A DNA stretch of 64,000 bases, taken from positions 3,046 to 67,045 of the forward strand of contig JAAELW010000238.1 in the NCBI GenBank assembly GCA_024226235.1. Reading direction: 5' to 3'. A model generated the notes under the pieces. It did not search any database, was not told where the DNA came from, and was given only the letters and a program-made list of their open reading frames with translations. The translations under genes and the position numbers were made by a program. This stretch comes from a bacterium. Its GTDB lineage: Bacteria > Myxococcota_A > UBA9160 > UBA6930. Shown here in pieces: positions 51,715-60,122 of the stretch. Position 1 is the stretch's first letter. Each line of letters opens with the position of its first letter.

Positions 51715-54165
51715 TCAGTACACAGCCTCGTCTTCCATCAGCTGCGAGATCTCCTGGTCATCCAGACCGAGAAGCGTGCCCAGCACATCGCGGTTGTGCT
51801 GGCCCAGCAGCGGACTGGGCTGATTCAACTTCGCACCCTCCATCCGCCAGGGTGGGCGGAGCACCTGGAGGCTGCCCAGCCTCGGATGCTCGATGGATTG
51901 GAAGACCTGGCGCGCGAGCACGTGGCGATCCCGCGAAAGACTCGCGCCCGAATTCAGACGCGCCGCCGCGATCCCGGCGGTCTGCAGCTCCTGAACCACA
52001 TCTTCAGCCGAGCGGCCCTGCGTCCAATGCTCGATCCGTGCATCGAGGGGCTCCTGGTTCCGGTGGCGAGATTGGGCCGTCGCGAACATGGCCGCATCAA
52101 GCTGGGGGTCGGCAAGCAGCGAACGAAAGGCGTTCCACTCTTCCTCGGTCTCGACCGCGATCGTGACCCACTCACCCTCCGAGCGACAGCGATAGCATCC
52201 ATGCGGTGCCATCTGTTCGTCGCGATTCCCGATCCGTTCCGGTATCCGGCCATCGAGCCCGTAGCCCACGAACGCGTGGCCCATCATCGTGCTCATCACT
52301 TCCGTGGACGACAGGTCGATGTTCTGGCCCTCACCCTTGCGCTGGCGATGGATGAGCGCCGCCAGCACCGCAAAGGCCGACGCGGTTCCGACGCGCAAAT
52401 CGACGGATCCGCTGAGCGGCATCGGCGGCTCGTCGGGGTACCCGGAGATGCTGGCGATTCCCGACAGGCAAGCAAACGTCGGCGCATAACCCACGTAGCG
52501 TCGCTCGGGGCCGGTCGCGCCTACCGTGGATGACGAGAGCATGACGATTTCCGGATTCACTTTCCGAAGGTCGTCGTATCCGAGCTCCAGGCGGTCGAGC
52601 ACGCCGGGGCGCATGTTCTGGAGCACGACATCGCATTCGGCCACGAGCTTGCGCACAAGCCCACGCCCAGCATCGCTGCGCAGGTTCAATGTGACGGAGC
52701 GCTTGCCGAGATTGAGATCGTTGAAGATCGGGGACTCATCGATGCCGCCGCGCAGCCCGCCCGCGGTCAAGGAGTGGACTCGTGCGTGATCGGGCCTCGC
52801 GCGACTCTCGATCTTGATGACCTCGGCCCCCAGCATGCCGAGCAGCAGAGAGCCTTGTGGACCGGCCCAGGCCCAGGTGAAGTCCGCAATGCGAATGCCG
52901 TCGAGGGGCCCGCGGGCACCGCCCGAACCGACTCCGGAGGGCTGCATGCCGGCCGCCGCCTTCGCATCACCGGCTGGTTGCGGGCGCCCCAGCCCGGTCA
53001 GGATTTCATCGCTGTGCTCGCCCAGCAAGGGTGCGCGTGTCCCCACCCAGGCCGTCCGTGAAAACTGGTAGGGCGCGGTCGGGAAGGTCACTCGGCCCGC
53101 TTCCGGATGGTCGAGCTCCCGGAAGAAACCGCGCGACCGGCTCTGCTCGGATTGCATCACTTCTGCGACATTCCGGACGGGTGCGGCCGGTGTTCCCTCC
53201 TGTTGCACGAGGTGGTAGATCTCCTCGCGGGTTCGGGTGGAAGCCCATTCACTCCTGTGTTCATCGATTTCCTGTTGATGCGCCACGCGCCCGGCCAGGC
53301 TTTTGCACCACTCGGCTTCGGTCCAGGCCGGGTTGCCCATGGCCCGCACCAAACCCTCCCATTGGTGGTTTTCGAGCGTAGTCAGCATGACCCAGCCGTC
53401 TTTCGCACGGATCAGACCACCGATCCCGCCACCGGGGAACGGATTCGCTTCGTTCGCAAACCGCCCGATCGTCACGCGCTCGAGGCCCATCATGGCCTCC
53501 TGCTTCGACACGTCGATGTGTTGGCCTCGCCCGGTGATTTCGCGACCGAAGACCGCTCCAAGCGTTCCCACTGCAGCCATCAGGCCGGCGTCATACTCGC
53601 CCAGGTGCCCACCGGCGCGCGCGGGCGCACGCCCTCCAGCGGTCTCGAGGGAGGCGAAAGGCGAGGAATGCCCGGCCGAGTGAAACAGGTTGATCGGATG
53701 GCTCTTGTGCCCGCGATTCGGGCCGGTCTGCCCGAACGGCGAGATCGAAGTGACGATCAGTCGTGGGTTGCGAGCAGCAAGCGAGGCGTAGCCGAGGCCG
53801 AGTGCGTCGAGAGCCTCCGGCGCGCGGTCCTCGATCAGGATGTCCGATCGCGAGGCGAGGGCTTCGAACGCATCGCGATCCTGTGGCAAAGCGAGATCCA
53901 GGCAGACCGAACGCTTGCTGGTATTCAGGTAGAGGAAGAGTCCGCTGCGCTCTGGATTCGGCTGATCCCCGGAAAACGGGCCGCGCCAACGCGAGGGATC
54001 GCCGTGCTCGGGGCGTTCCACCTTGATGACGTCTGCGCCAAGGTCCCCGAGCAGCTTCGCGCAGTAGGGAGCCGCCACCATTTCACCCAGTTCGAGCACA
54101 CGAAGACCCTCGAGGGGGCCATGTGCGACCTGGGGCTCGGTCTCATCCGCTTCGCTTTCCGTCAT
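51715..54165 (-). CDS. Tandem-fused family III CoA-transferase (two CaiB/BaiF-type modules in one polypeptide)
   Basis: Module 1: LEGLRVLELGEMVAAPYCAKLLGDLGADVIKVERP. Module 2: LDGIRIADFTWAWAGPQGSLLLGMLGAEVIKIESR. About 816 aa from MTESEADE. Confidence 0.85.
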   Translation of the reverse strand: MTESEADETEPQVAHGPLEGLRVLELGEMVAAPYCAKLLGDLGADVIKVERPEHGDPSRWRGPFSGDQPNPERSGLFLYLNTSKRSVCLDLALPQDRDAFEALASRSDILIEDRAPEALDALGLGYASLAARNPRLIVTSISPFGQTGPNRGHKSHPINLFHSAGHSSPFASLETAGGRAPARAGGHLGEYDAGLMAAVGTLGAVFGREITGRGQHIDVSKQEAMMGLERVTIGRFANEANPFPGGGIGGLIRAKDGWVMLTTLENHQWEGLVRAMGNPAWTEAEWCKSLAGRVAHQQEIDEHRSEWASTRTREEIYHLVQQEGTPAAPVRNVAEVMQSEQSRSRGFFRELDHPEAGRVTFPTAPYQFSRTAWVGTRAPLLGEHSDEILTGLGRPQPAGDAKAAAGMQPSGVGSGGARGPLDGIRIADFTWAWAGPQGSLLLGMLGAEVIKIESRARPDHARVHSLTAGGLRGGIDESPIFNDLNLGKRSVTLNLRSDAGRGLVRKLVAECDVVLQNMRPGVLDRLELGYDDLRKVNPEIVMLSSSTVGATGPERRYVGYAPTFACLSGIASISGYPDEPPMPLSGSVDLRVGTASAFAVLAALIHRQRKGEGQNIDLSSTEVMSTMMGHAFVGYGLDGRIPERIGNRDEQMAPHGCYRCRSEGEWVTIAVETEEEWNAFRSLLADPQLDAAMFATAQSRHRNQEPLDARIEHWTQGRSAEDVVQELQTAGIAAARLNSGASLSRDRHVLARQVFQSIEHPRLGSLQVLRPPWRMEGAKLNQPSPLLGQHNRDVLGTLLGLDDQEISQLMEDEAVY

Positions 54166-54264
54166 CGGGAGAGGATCGCGCACACCAAGGCCCCAGTCGA
54201 CTCGGGCGGGCCCGCGGGGTCCGCACGGATGATTCAACCGAGAACCGATCCGGGCCGAGTGTTC

Positions 54265-54711
54265 TCATCCTGAGGAGAGGGAAGGGTGGTGCGGGCTCTC
54301 CCAAACAACCTTGTAGTTCCGCTTCTCTACGCGATGGTTCGGGCGAAGTGCAAGGACCTTCTCCCAGCCAGTCCCCGCCAGCGGAGTATCGACCCGTGCC
54401 TGCCCCATTTCATCGCCGTAGAGTTCGATCAGATAGGCAACGATGCGTTGTACCGGCGAGGCGGGGATCAGCGGAGGCGTCGGATGCGCAGCCTCGAGTT
54501 GGTCGAGGATGTCACTCGTGTCCTGCCACATGTCCCCGTCCGGCGTCTCGACGGCCGGAAAGTAGTGCATACCCGTCCTGCGCTTGATTTCGAGGATGTC
54601 GGGCATCACCTCACGCATCCATAGAGTCTTGTGAGCAAAGGCAGGGCGCAGTTTTCCGGAGAAATAGGACACGTCGGCGCCGTGCATGATGTGGGGGGCG
54701 TTATGGGTCAT
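54265..54711 (-). CDS. Short GST-N-domain protein (possible internally deleted paralog of 21523-22521)
   Basis: MHGADVSYFSGKLRPAFAHKTLW...FPAVETPDGDMWQDTSDILDQLE...AYLIELYGDEMG parallels the N-terminal third of the long GST-like gene. It then jumps to a short tail. Confidence 0.55.
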   Translation of the reverse strand: MTHNAPHIMHGADVSYFSGKLRPAFAHKTLWMREVMPDILEIKRRTGMHYFPAVETPDGDMWQDTSDILDQLEAAHPTPPLIPASPVQRIVAYLIELYGDEMGQARVDTPLAGTGWEKVLALRPNHRVEKRNYKVVWESPHHPSLSSG

Positions 54712-54730
54712 CAGGGCTTCCGGTTGATCC

Positions 54731-56386
54731 TCAATCGGGATCTTGCTCGAAGGAACAGTCGAAGCCGTCGCGAGCTGCAGCGTCTTCCGCCACGAGCCGC
54801 CGGCTCGACGCCTGGGTGATCGTCGCAGGGCCGAAGTCGGCACAGATACGCAGGGTTCCCAAAGTGATCCGGAGTCCGAGCCCATCAATGACCTCGGCTG
54901 GTGAGAGCGGACTATTCCAGATCTCGAGTTCGAGGCCATCGCCTTCGCGAAGCTCCAGCCAGACCGGAGGAATCTGCCCACCGGGCGACAGCCATGACAG
55001 CAGGCCGCCCCAGTAGCTCGTGTGGCCTTCGCGGGCCCGCCATCCGGTTCCGGCCGGCAGTGTGATGATGTGCTGGGCACCCCCGGGAACAAGCAGTTCG
55101 ACCGTAGCAGGGCCCGAACTCTCTTGCTCCGGATCGTTCCGCGACGCGGGAGAGGGTGAGACGACGGCCAGATCGCTCGACGAGAACGCGAGTGATGTCC
55201 TGCCGAACCCTCTACTGCGAAGAGCCAGGCGTTTGCCGGAAACCGGATGGTCACCGGACCTGCCCCGCAGCAATGCTTCGCGCACCGCGTAGTACGCCGG
55301 CTTGGGGTGCAGGTTTTCATCGAAGAGCAACGGATCGGGATCGGGGCCCGTCAGCAGATCGAAGTTGTGCAGCCATGTATGCGCGTCATCGATTCCCCAG
55401 ACCACGATCATGTCACACGCCGGGACGGCGAGGCAGGTCTCGACGACACGTCGATATCGCTCAGCTTGCACCGTGAAGCGGTCCTCCAGATCGACCGGCA
55501 CCGGAACGTCGAGTTCGCTCACGAAGACGCGAAGGCCGAGAGCAGCAATCGACTCGAGGACTTCGCGGAAGACCTCCCAATCCGGATCGCCGAGTAGCAG
55601 ATGCGTCTGGATGCCGACTACGTCGATCGGAGCACCTCCCTCTACCAGATCGCGGACGAGTGCCACCCATGCCTCCGCGCGCGGTCGAGTGTACTCGACG
55701 AAATTCTCGTTCAGGAAGAGGTCGACATGGGGAGGTGCTTCTTCGTCTACGATCTGGAAGAGCTTTGCGATGTAGTCTGGGCCGAAGACCTGGTAGAAGT
55801 GATTGGGGTAGAGGGTCGTCATCAAGAGGGGCCCGAGCGGTTCGTTGATGACGTCGAGCCGGTCGATCCCCGGACAGCGGTTGAAGATGATTCGCACCCG
55901 CTCTCTCATCACGGTCTCCAACTCGACCGGATCATCAATCTCGAGCACCCAGTCCGCGAGGTCGTCGAGGAGCGCCTGGTTCCAGGCGAAGTGGTAGCCG
56001 ACCTGGTAGAGGTCGTGCTCGGACGAGAACGCGCAGTTTGCGTCCATGGACCCACTCACCACGTCGGGCATGGGTTGGAGCCCTGCCCAGCTCACTCCAT
56101 GATTGGTCGTCACATTGCCCTCATGGACGGCCAACTCGCCATCGGGTCCGCCTGCACCACTCTCGTCATGAAACCCGAAACGGATGCCCGAGACCGCGGC
56201 TGCTTCTTGGAGTGTGCAATCTGCGGGGTCCTCGCAAAGAGCGCCGTCGCCCGGCCGCTGGCAGGGACCGCTCCCGAGCGTGACCAGGAGGAGCAGCAGC
56301 AGCGTTCCGCCCCGCGCTACACCCCAACACGCGAAACCATCCGTCTTCCTCAATGATCCTCTAGATGATCCTCTAGACATCCGCAT
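54731..56386 (-). CDS. Secreted glycoside hydrolase family 10 (xylanase-like) with an extra C-terminal domain
   Basis: Signal peptide GGTLLLLLLVTLGSG. GH10 motifs GYHFAWNQ, RLDVINEP (acid/base Glu), GIQTHL and VFVSELDV (nucleophile Glu). Confidence 0.8.
   Translation of the reverse strand: MRMSRGSSRGSLRKTDGFACWGVARGGTLLLLLLVTLGSGPCQRPGDGALCEDPADCTLQEAAAVSGIRFGFHDESGAGGPDGELAVHEGNVTTNHGVSWAGLQPMPDVVSGSMDANCAFSSEHDLYQVGYHFAWNQALLDDLADWVLEIDDPVELETVMRERVRIIFNRCPGIDRLDVINEPLGPLLMTTLYPNHFYQVFGPDYIAKLFQIVDEEAPPHVDLFLNENFVEYTRPRAEAWVALVRDLVEGGAPIDVVGIQTHLLLGDPDWEVFREVLESIAALGLRVFVSELDVPVPVDLEDRFTVQAERYRRVVETCLAVPACDMIVVWGIDDAHTWLHNFDLLTGPDPDPLLFDENLHPKPAYYAVREALLRGRSGDHPVSGKRLALRSRGFGRTSLAFSSSDLAVVSPSPASRNDPEQESSGPATVELLVPGGAQHIITLPAGTGWRAREGHTSYWGGLLSWLSPGGQIPPVWLELREGDGLELEIWNSPLSPAEVIDGLGLRITLGTLRICADFGPATITQASSRRLVAEDAAARDGFDCSFEQDPD
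56355..56378. repeat. 12-bp tandem duplication (gatcctctagat / gatcctctagac) in the GH10 signal-peptide n-region
   Basis: Encodes SRGS-SRGS on the minus strand. Read directly from the sequence. Confidence 0.8.
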
Positions 56387-56594
56387 TCCATCCACGCATT
56401 CCGGTCCAAGCACAGCAGAGAAGAGACAGTCTACCACGGTGCTCGATCGAGTCGGAGGAATCACTTCATTGCCAGCCGCAGATCATCCCTCTGCCCCAAC
56501 GCGCCAGCTCGATGCTGCCGTTGCTCTCCGTGCGATTTGGAAAACGTACGCATAGCGGAGTAGGATTCCCTGAGAGGACTATTCGGGAGAGGGC

Positions 56595-59285
56595 GTGCAA
56601 GATCAGCTGCTCATTGTCCTGCCGGCCGGCCTGATCGGAATTCCGGCGGGAATCTACTTCTGGCGCTACTTCCGGGGCCAGGACGCCATGCTGACCTGGA
56701 GCCTGGCCTGGCTCGCACTGTGGCTCTCGGGCACGCTGGAGGGAGCCGCCGACTACTATCCCTTCCTATCCGCACCAGCGAACCTGATGGTGGTACTCTT
56801 CGCGAGCCTGTTGTTGGCAGGCGCCTTCCGCTTCGCCTTGCGACCGGTTCCGCGCTGGCTCCCAGCCGTCTGCCTGACCGCATGTATTGCGGCACCGGCT
56901 ACCGCCGTGCTGGTGGACGAAAATGCAGGAAACATGGCGGTCGGTTTCGTGACGGCGCTCATCCTCTTGAGGACAGCTGCCGTAGTCAGCGGCAACTCGA
57001 GGCGATCCCCGGTGGGTCCTGCCGCGCGGTTCCTGGGGCCCGTGATCGTCGTTCTCGGGGTGCTGGCTGCCTTCAACTGGATGCGGTACTCGAACGAGAA
57101 TGTTCGCGAGATCCTGCTCGCCAGCTGGTACACCGGATCCTTCGCCGCGATCTTCCTGCAGCTGCTGATCTTCGCGGAGCGCTCGGGAACACTCAGCAGC
57201 CGCCCGCTCGAGGAGCGCTCAGGAACGCTCAGCAGCCGCCTGCTCGAGGAGCGCGAATTGCTGCGCCGGATCGCGCTGGTCATGGGCGACGATCAAAACC
57301 CCCGAGAGCAACTCGTCCAGGTGCTCGAAGAAACGCAGTACCTGGACCTGTTCCTGGCCTTCGGTGCCTGGATCCTCCCTTTGGGCGGCGATAGGCTCGA
57401 GTACCTCGCGGGTCACCTCCCAGGAAAGATGCCGCTCCCCACGGTTCTACGCGATCCGCAGCTGAATCGCCCGATCCTCCAGACCGCGTTGGCGTCTTCG
57501 GGTCCGCTGTTTCTCGAAGACCTGGCCGGGGATTCACGAATTCTCCCGGAATTACGGGCCGCTGGCCTACAGCGCGGATTCATCGCTCCGCTGAGGGTCA
57601 CCGGAGAGGTGGTAGGCGTCCTGGGAGCGATACTCGCCCCCACGCGCCCGCTGGACAAGGATCGGCGTCGGTTCATCGGCGACCTGGCTGACGTCATCGC
57701 GCTCGTGCTCGCGAACCTCCGACTTCGCGACCAGCAGCGGGACCATACCGAGGCTCTGGACGCCGAGCGCCGTCTGTTCCGCGAAATGATCGAGGCAGTT
57801 CCGGAGGGGATCCTGCTCACCGACTACGAAGGGCGGGTCCAGGTCGTGAACCGCCACCTGTGCGAGCAATTCGGTATCGCAGAACCCGAACTATGGGTCG
57901 GCCGTCTGGAGCGCGAGATCACGCTCTTGGTGATGAGTCGTATCGCGAAGCCGATTCGTGACTCCATCGTCCGCGATGTGGAGACCTTTTCGGCCAACCG
58001 CGAGCTGAGCTTCGATCCTTTCGAGGTCCAGATTGACGGCGAGTCCGGGACGATCCTGCTGCTCAGCGCGCAGCCCGTCAGGGCGCACGATGGTCACCAC
58101 CTCGGACGTGTGTGGGTCAGCCGCGACGTGACCGAGGAGCGGCGCATGGGCGAACGGATTCAGCACGCCGAGCGGATGCAGACCTTCGGAACCCTGGCGG
58201 GAGGGCTCGCCCACGACTTCAACAACAACCTCACTGCCATCCTCGGCAACGCGGAACTCATCCGCTCAGAGTTTGCAGCCGATGCTCCTTCGCTCGAGAT
58301 GCTCGATGACCTGGAGCAAGCTGCAGAACACTGCGCTGACCTCACCCGAGGGCTCCTCACCTTCGCTCGGCAAGACCCCGCGGATTCCGTTCCGGTCGAG
58401 GTGAAGGCAGCCGTCGCGGAGGTGCAGACGCTCCTTCGTCCCTCGATGCCTCCGGGGGTCCAACTGATGGTCGAGGTGGACGAGACGGCCGGCTGGGTGA
58501 AAGCGGACGCGCCCCAACTGCGACGCGTCCTGACGAATCTGATCGTGAATGCGCGCGATGCCATGGCGCGCGAGGGGCAGATCCGGGTGGAGGCACGACG
58601 CCTCCAGGACGGGAAAGAGCCCGCCGAACTCGAACTCCTCGTCATCGACGATGGCCTGGGGATGGACACGGATACCCAGAACCGGATCTTCGACCCCTTC
58701 TTCACCACCAAGGAGAAAGGGCGGGGCACGGGCCTTGGCTTGGCAATCGTCTATAGCATCGTCGAGCGCCACGGAGGCAGCATCACTGTGAGTAGCGCGC
58801 CAGGCCTCGGATCGACGTTCCGGGTCACCTGGCCTGCACTATTGCACCCGCCACAGGGTTCTCCCGAGGTCGTTGCGAACCCGCCCACACGCCCCCTCGA
58901 GGGGGTGACGGTGCTGCTCGCCGAGGACGAAACCGCGGTACGGCGGCTCGCCCGCACGACGCTCGAAAGCGCGGGCTTTCGCGTTCTCGAGGCCGAAGAC
59001 GGCGATGCCGCGATCGCCTGTTTTCGGAAGCATCGGGACGAAATATCGGCGGCGGTCTTCGACCTGAGCATGCCGCAACGAGACGGACTCGAAGCGCTGA
59101 GGGCCATCCGGAAAGAGGCGCCGGAGCTTCCCGCCCTGATCGTGAGTGGACACCCGGACCGGGAGCAATATCCCTCCTGGCCGAAAGACGTTCCGCTGCT
59201 TCCGAAACCCTACAAGCCCAACACTCTAGTGGCGCGAGTCGCGGCCCTCCTGGCGCCCGAGGCTGATTCGCCGCCGGTCGCATGA
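56595..59285 (+). CDS. Hybrid sensor histidine kinase / response regulator (multi-TM - GAF - PAS - HisKA - HATPase - REC)
   Basis: N-terminal hydrophobic helices. GAF: GFIAPLRVTGEVVGVLGA. PAS: MIEAVPEGILLTDYEGRVQVVN. H-box: LAGGLAHDFNNNLTAILG. ATPase: DDGLGMD...GRGTGLGLAIV. REC: VLLAEDE...FDLSMPQRDG. Confidence 0.92.
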   Translation: MQDQLLIVLPAGLIGIPAGIYFWRYFRGQDAMLTWSLAWLALWLSGTLEGAADYYPFLSAPANLMVVLFASLLLAGAFRFALRPVPRWLPAVCLTACIAAPATAVLVDENAGNMAVGFVTALILLRTAAVVSGNSRRSPVGPAARFLGPVIVVLGVLAAFNWMRYSNENVREILLASWYTGSFAAIFLQLLIFAERSGTLSSRPLEERSGTLSSRLLEERELLRRIALVMGDDQNPREQLVQVLEETQYLDLFLAFGAWILPLGGDRLEYLAGHLPGKMPLPTVLRDPQLNRPILQTALASSGPLFLEDLAGDSRILPELRAAGLQRGFIAPLRVTGEVVGVLGAILAPTRPLDKDRRRFIGDLADVIALVLANLRLRDQQRDHTEALDAERRLFREMIEAVPEGILLTDYEGRVQVVNRHLCEQFGIAEPELWVGRLEREITLLVMSRIAKPIRDSIVRDVETFSANRELSFDPFEVQIDGESGTILLLSAQPVRAHDGHHLGRVWVSRDVTEERRMGERIQHAERMQTFGTLAGGLAHDFNNNLTAILGNAELIRSEFAADAPSLEMLDDLEQAAEHCADLTRGLLTFARQDPADSVPVEVKAAVAEVQTLLRPSMPPGVQLMVEVDETAGWVKADAPQLRRVLTNLIVNARDAMAREGQIRVEARRLQDGKEPAELELLVIDDGLGMDTDTQNRIFDPFFTTKEKGRGTGLGLAIVYSIVERHGGSITVSSAPGLGSTFRVTWPALLHPPQGSPEVVANPPTRPLEGVTVLLAEDETAVRRLARTTLESAGFRVLEAEDGDAAIACFRKHRDEISAAVFDLSMPQRDGLEALRAIRKEAPELPALIVSGHPDREQYPSWPKDVPLLPKPYKPNTLVARVAALLAPEADSPPVA
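57177..57248 (+). repeat. In-frame 36-bp tandem duplication inside the kinase linker (ERSGTLSSRPLE / ERSGTLSSRLLE)
   Basis: Unit 1 is 57177-57212 and unit 2 is 57213-57248. They differ at 3 nucleotide positions. Confidence 0.9.
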
Positions 59286-59347
59286 CGAGCCTCTCACCCT
59301 GAAACGAAGAAAACCCCGGAACCCGTTTGGGATTCGGAGGGCTTGAT

Positions 59348-59375
59348 TGGCAGCAAGGACAGGATTCGAACCTGC
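59348..59375 (-). other. tRNA-like 3' fragment (T-arm + acceptor 3' strand + CCA) with no matching 5' half
   Basis: The minus strand reads GCAGG-TTCGAAT-CCTGT-CCTTGCT-G-CCA. No complementary 5' acceptor strand or anticodon arm could be folded in the 174-bp intergenic region. Confidence 0.35.
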
Positions 59376-59459
59376 GACCTGCGGGAGAGGCGCCCCAGCT
59401 TCTGGCGCTGCGGCGGGACCACGTGGCCTTCGGCACCGACGAGAAGTGAGGAATGAAGC

Positions 59460-59876
59460 GTGACTGATTCGTCCGAGCACGTGTACGGTGTCGTCGTGGG
59501 CTGTCGGGCCGACGACGATCGCTGGCTCTTGATCCGACGCAGTACCACGGTTCGCTCACCGCTGGCAGTGTGCTTTCCGGGAGGACACATCGAATTCGGC
59601 GAGCAGGCGCACGAAGCCGTCGTCCGTGAGATGCGCGAAGAACTCGGCCTCGAAGTCACGCCGCTCCAGCACGTCTGGTCGCATACCTTGATGGAGCGTC
59701 CGGTCACGCTCTTCGGCTGGCTTGCAGAACTCGGCAATGCCGCCGTGGTGCCGTCGCCCGACGAGGTACACGAGGTACTCTGGCTCACGGCTGAACAAGC
59801 CAGCAACCACCCCGATGGCATGCCCCACACCCGGGAGTTCGTGGCGGCGCTATTGGAGGCCGTCCGGAACTGCTAG
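59460..59876 (+). CDS. NUDIX hydrolase
   Basis: Nudix box GGHIEFGEQAHEAVVREMREELGL (Gx5Ex7REUxEExGU). Confidence 0.9.
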   Translation: MTDSSEHVYGVVVGCRADDDRWLLIRRSTTVRSPLAVCFPGGHIEFGEQAHEAVVREMREELGLEVTPLQHVWSHTLMERPVTLFGWLAELGNAAVVPSPDEVHEVLWLTAEQASNHPDGMPHTREFVAALLEAVRNC

Positions 59877-60122
59877 CTCCTGCGTAGTGGATGAGCGTGG
59901 TGGCCCCTCGATCAATCACAGTCTGCACGGGCCTCGGCGGATGCCTTGGCATTTTGGCATAGGGTGTGCCAACATTCGACAGGCAGCCAGTCGAGCCTTC
60001 GCGCATTGTTCGAGGCGCGATTCGATAGCAACGCATTTGTTTCGAACACCTACTCCGAGCACGGCTGACCACCGTCTTCCGCCGTACTCGGGTTCGTTCG
60101 ACGATTCAACACACCCATACCG

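Noticed and set aside
54712-55320. The upstream 200 aa of the 351-aa minus-strand ORF 54265-55320.
   Set aside because: It overlaps the 3' part of the GH10 gene on the same strand in another frame, and it is Arg/Pro/Ser-rich with no motifs. Only the final 148 aa, from ATG 54711, show GST-N homology.
59348-59446. A complete tRNA gene, possibly selC (tRNA-Sec), on the minus strand, suggested by a perfect T-arm and an encoded CCA.
   Set aside because: I found no 5' acceptor strand complementary to CCTTGCT and no D-arm. I also found no 7-nt anticodon loop with U33; in particular there is no CUUCAAA/UCA loop at the expected position. Only the 3' portion is tRNA-like.
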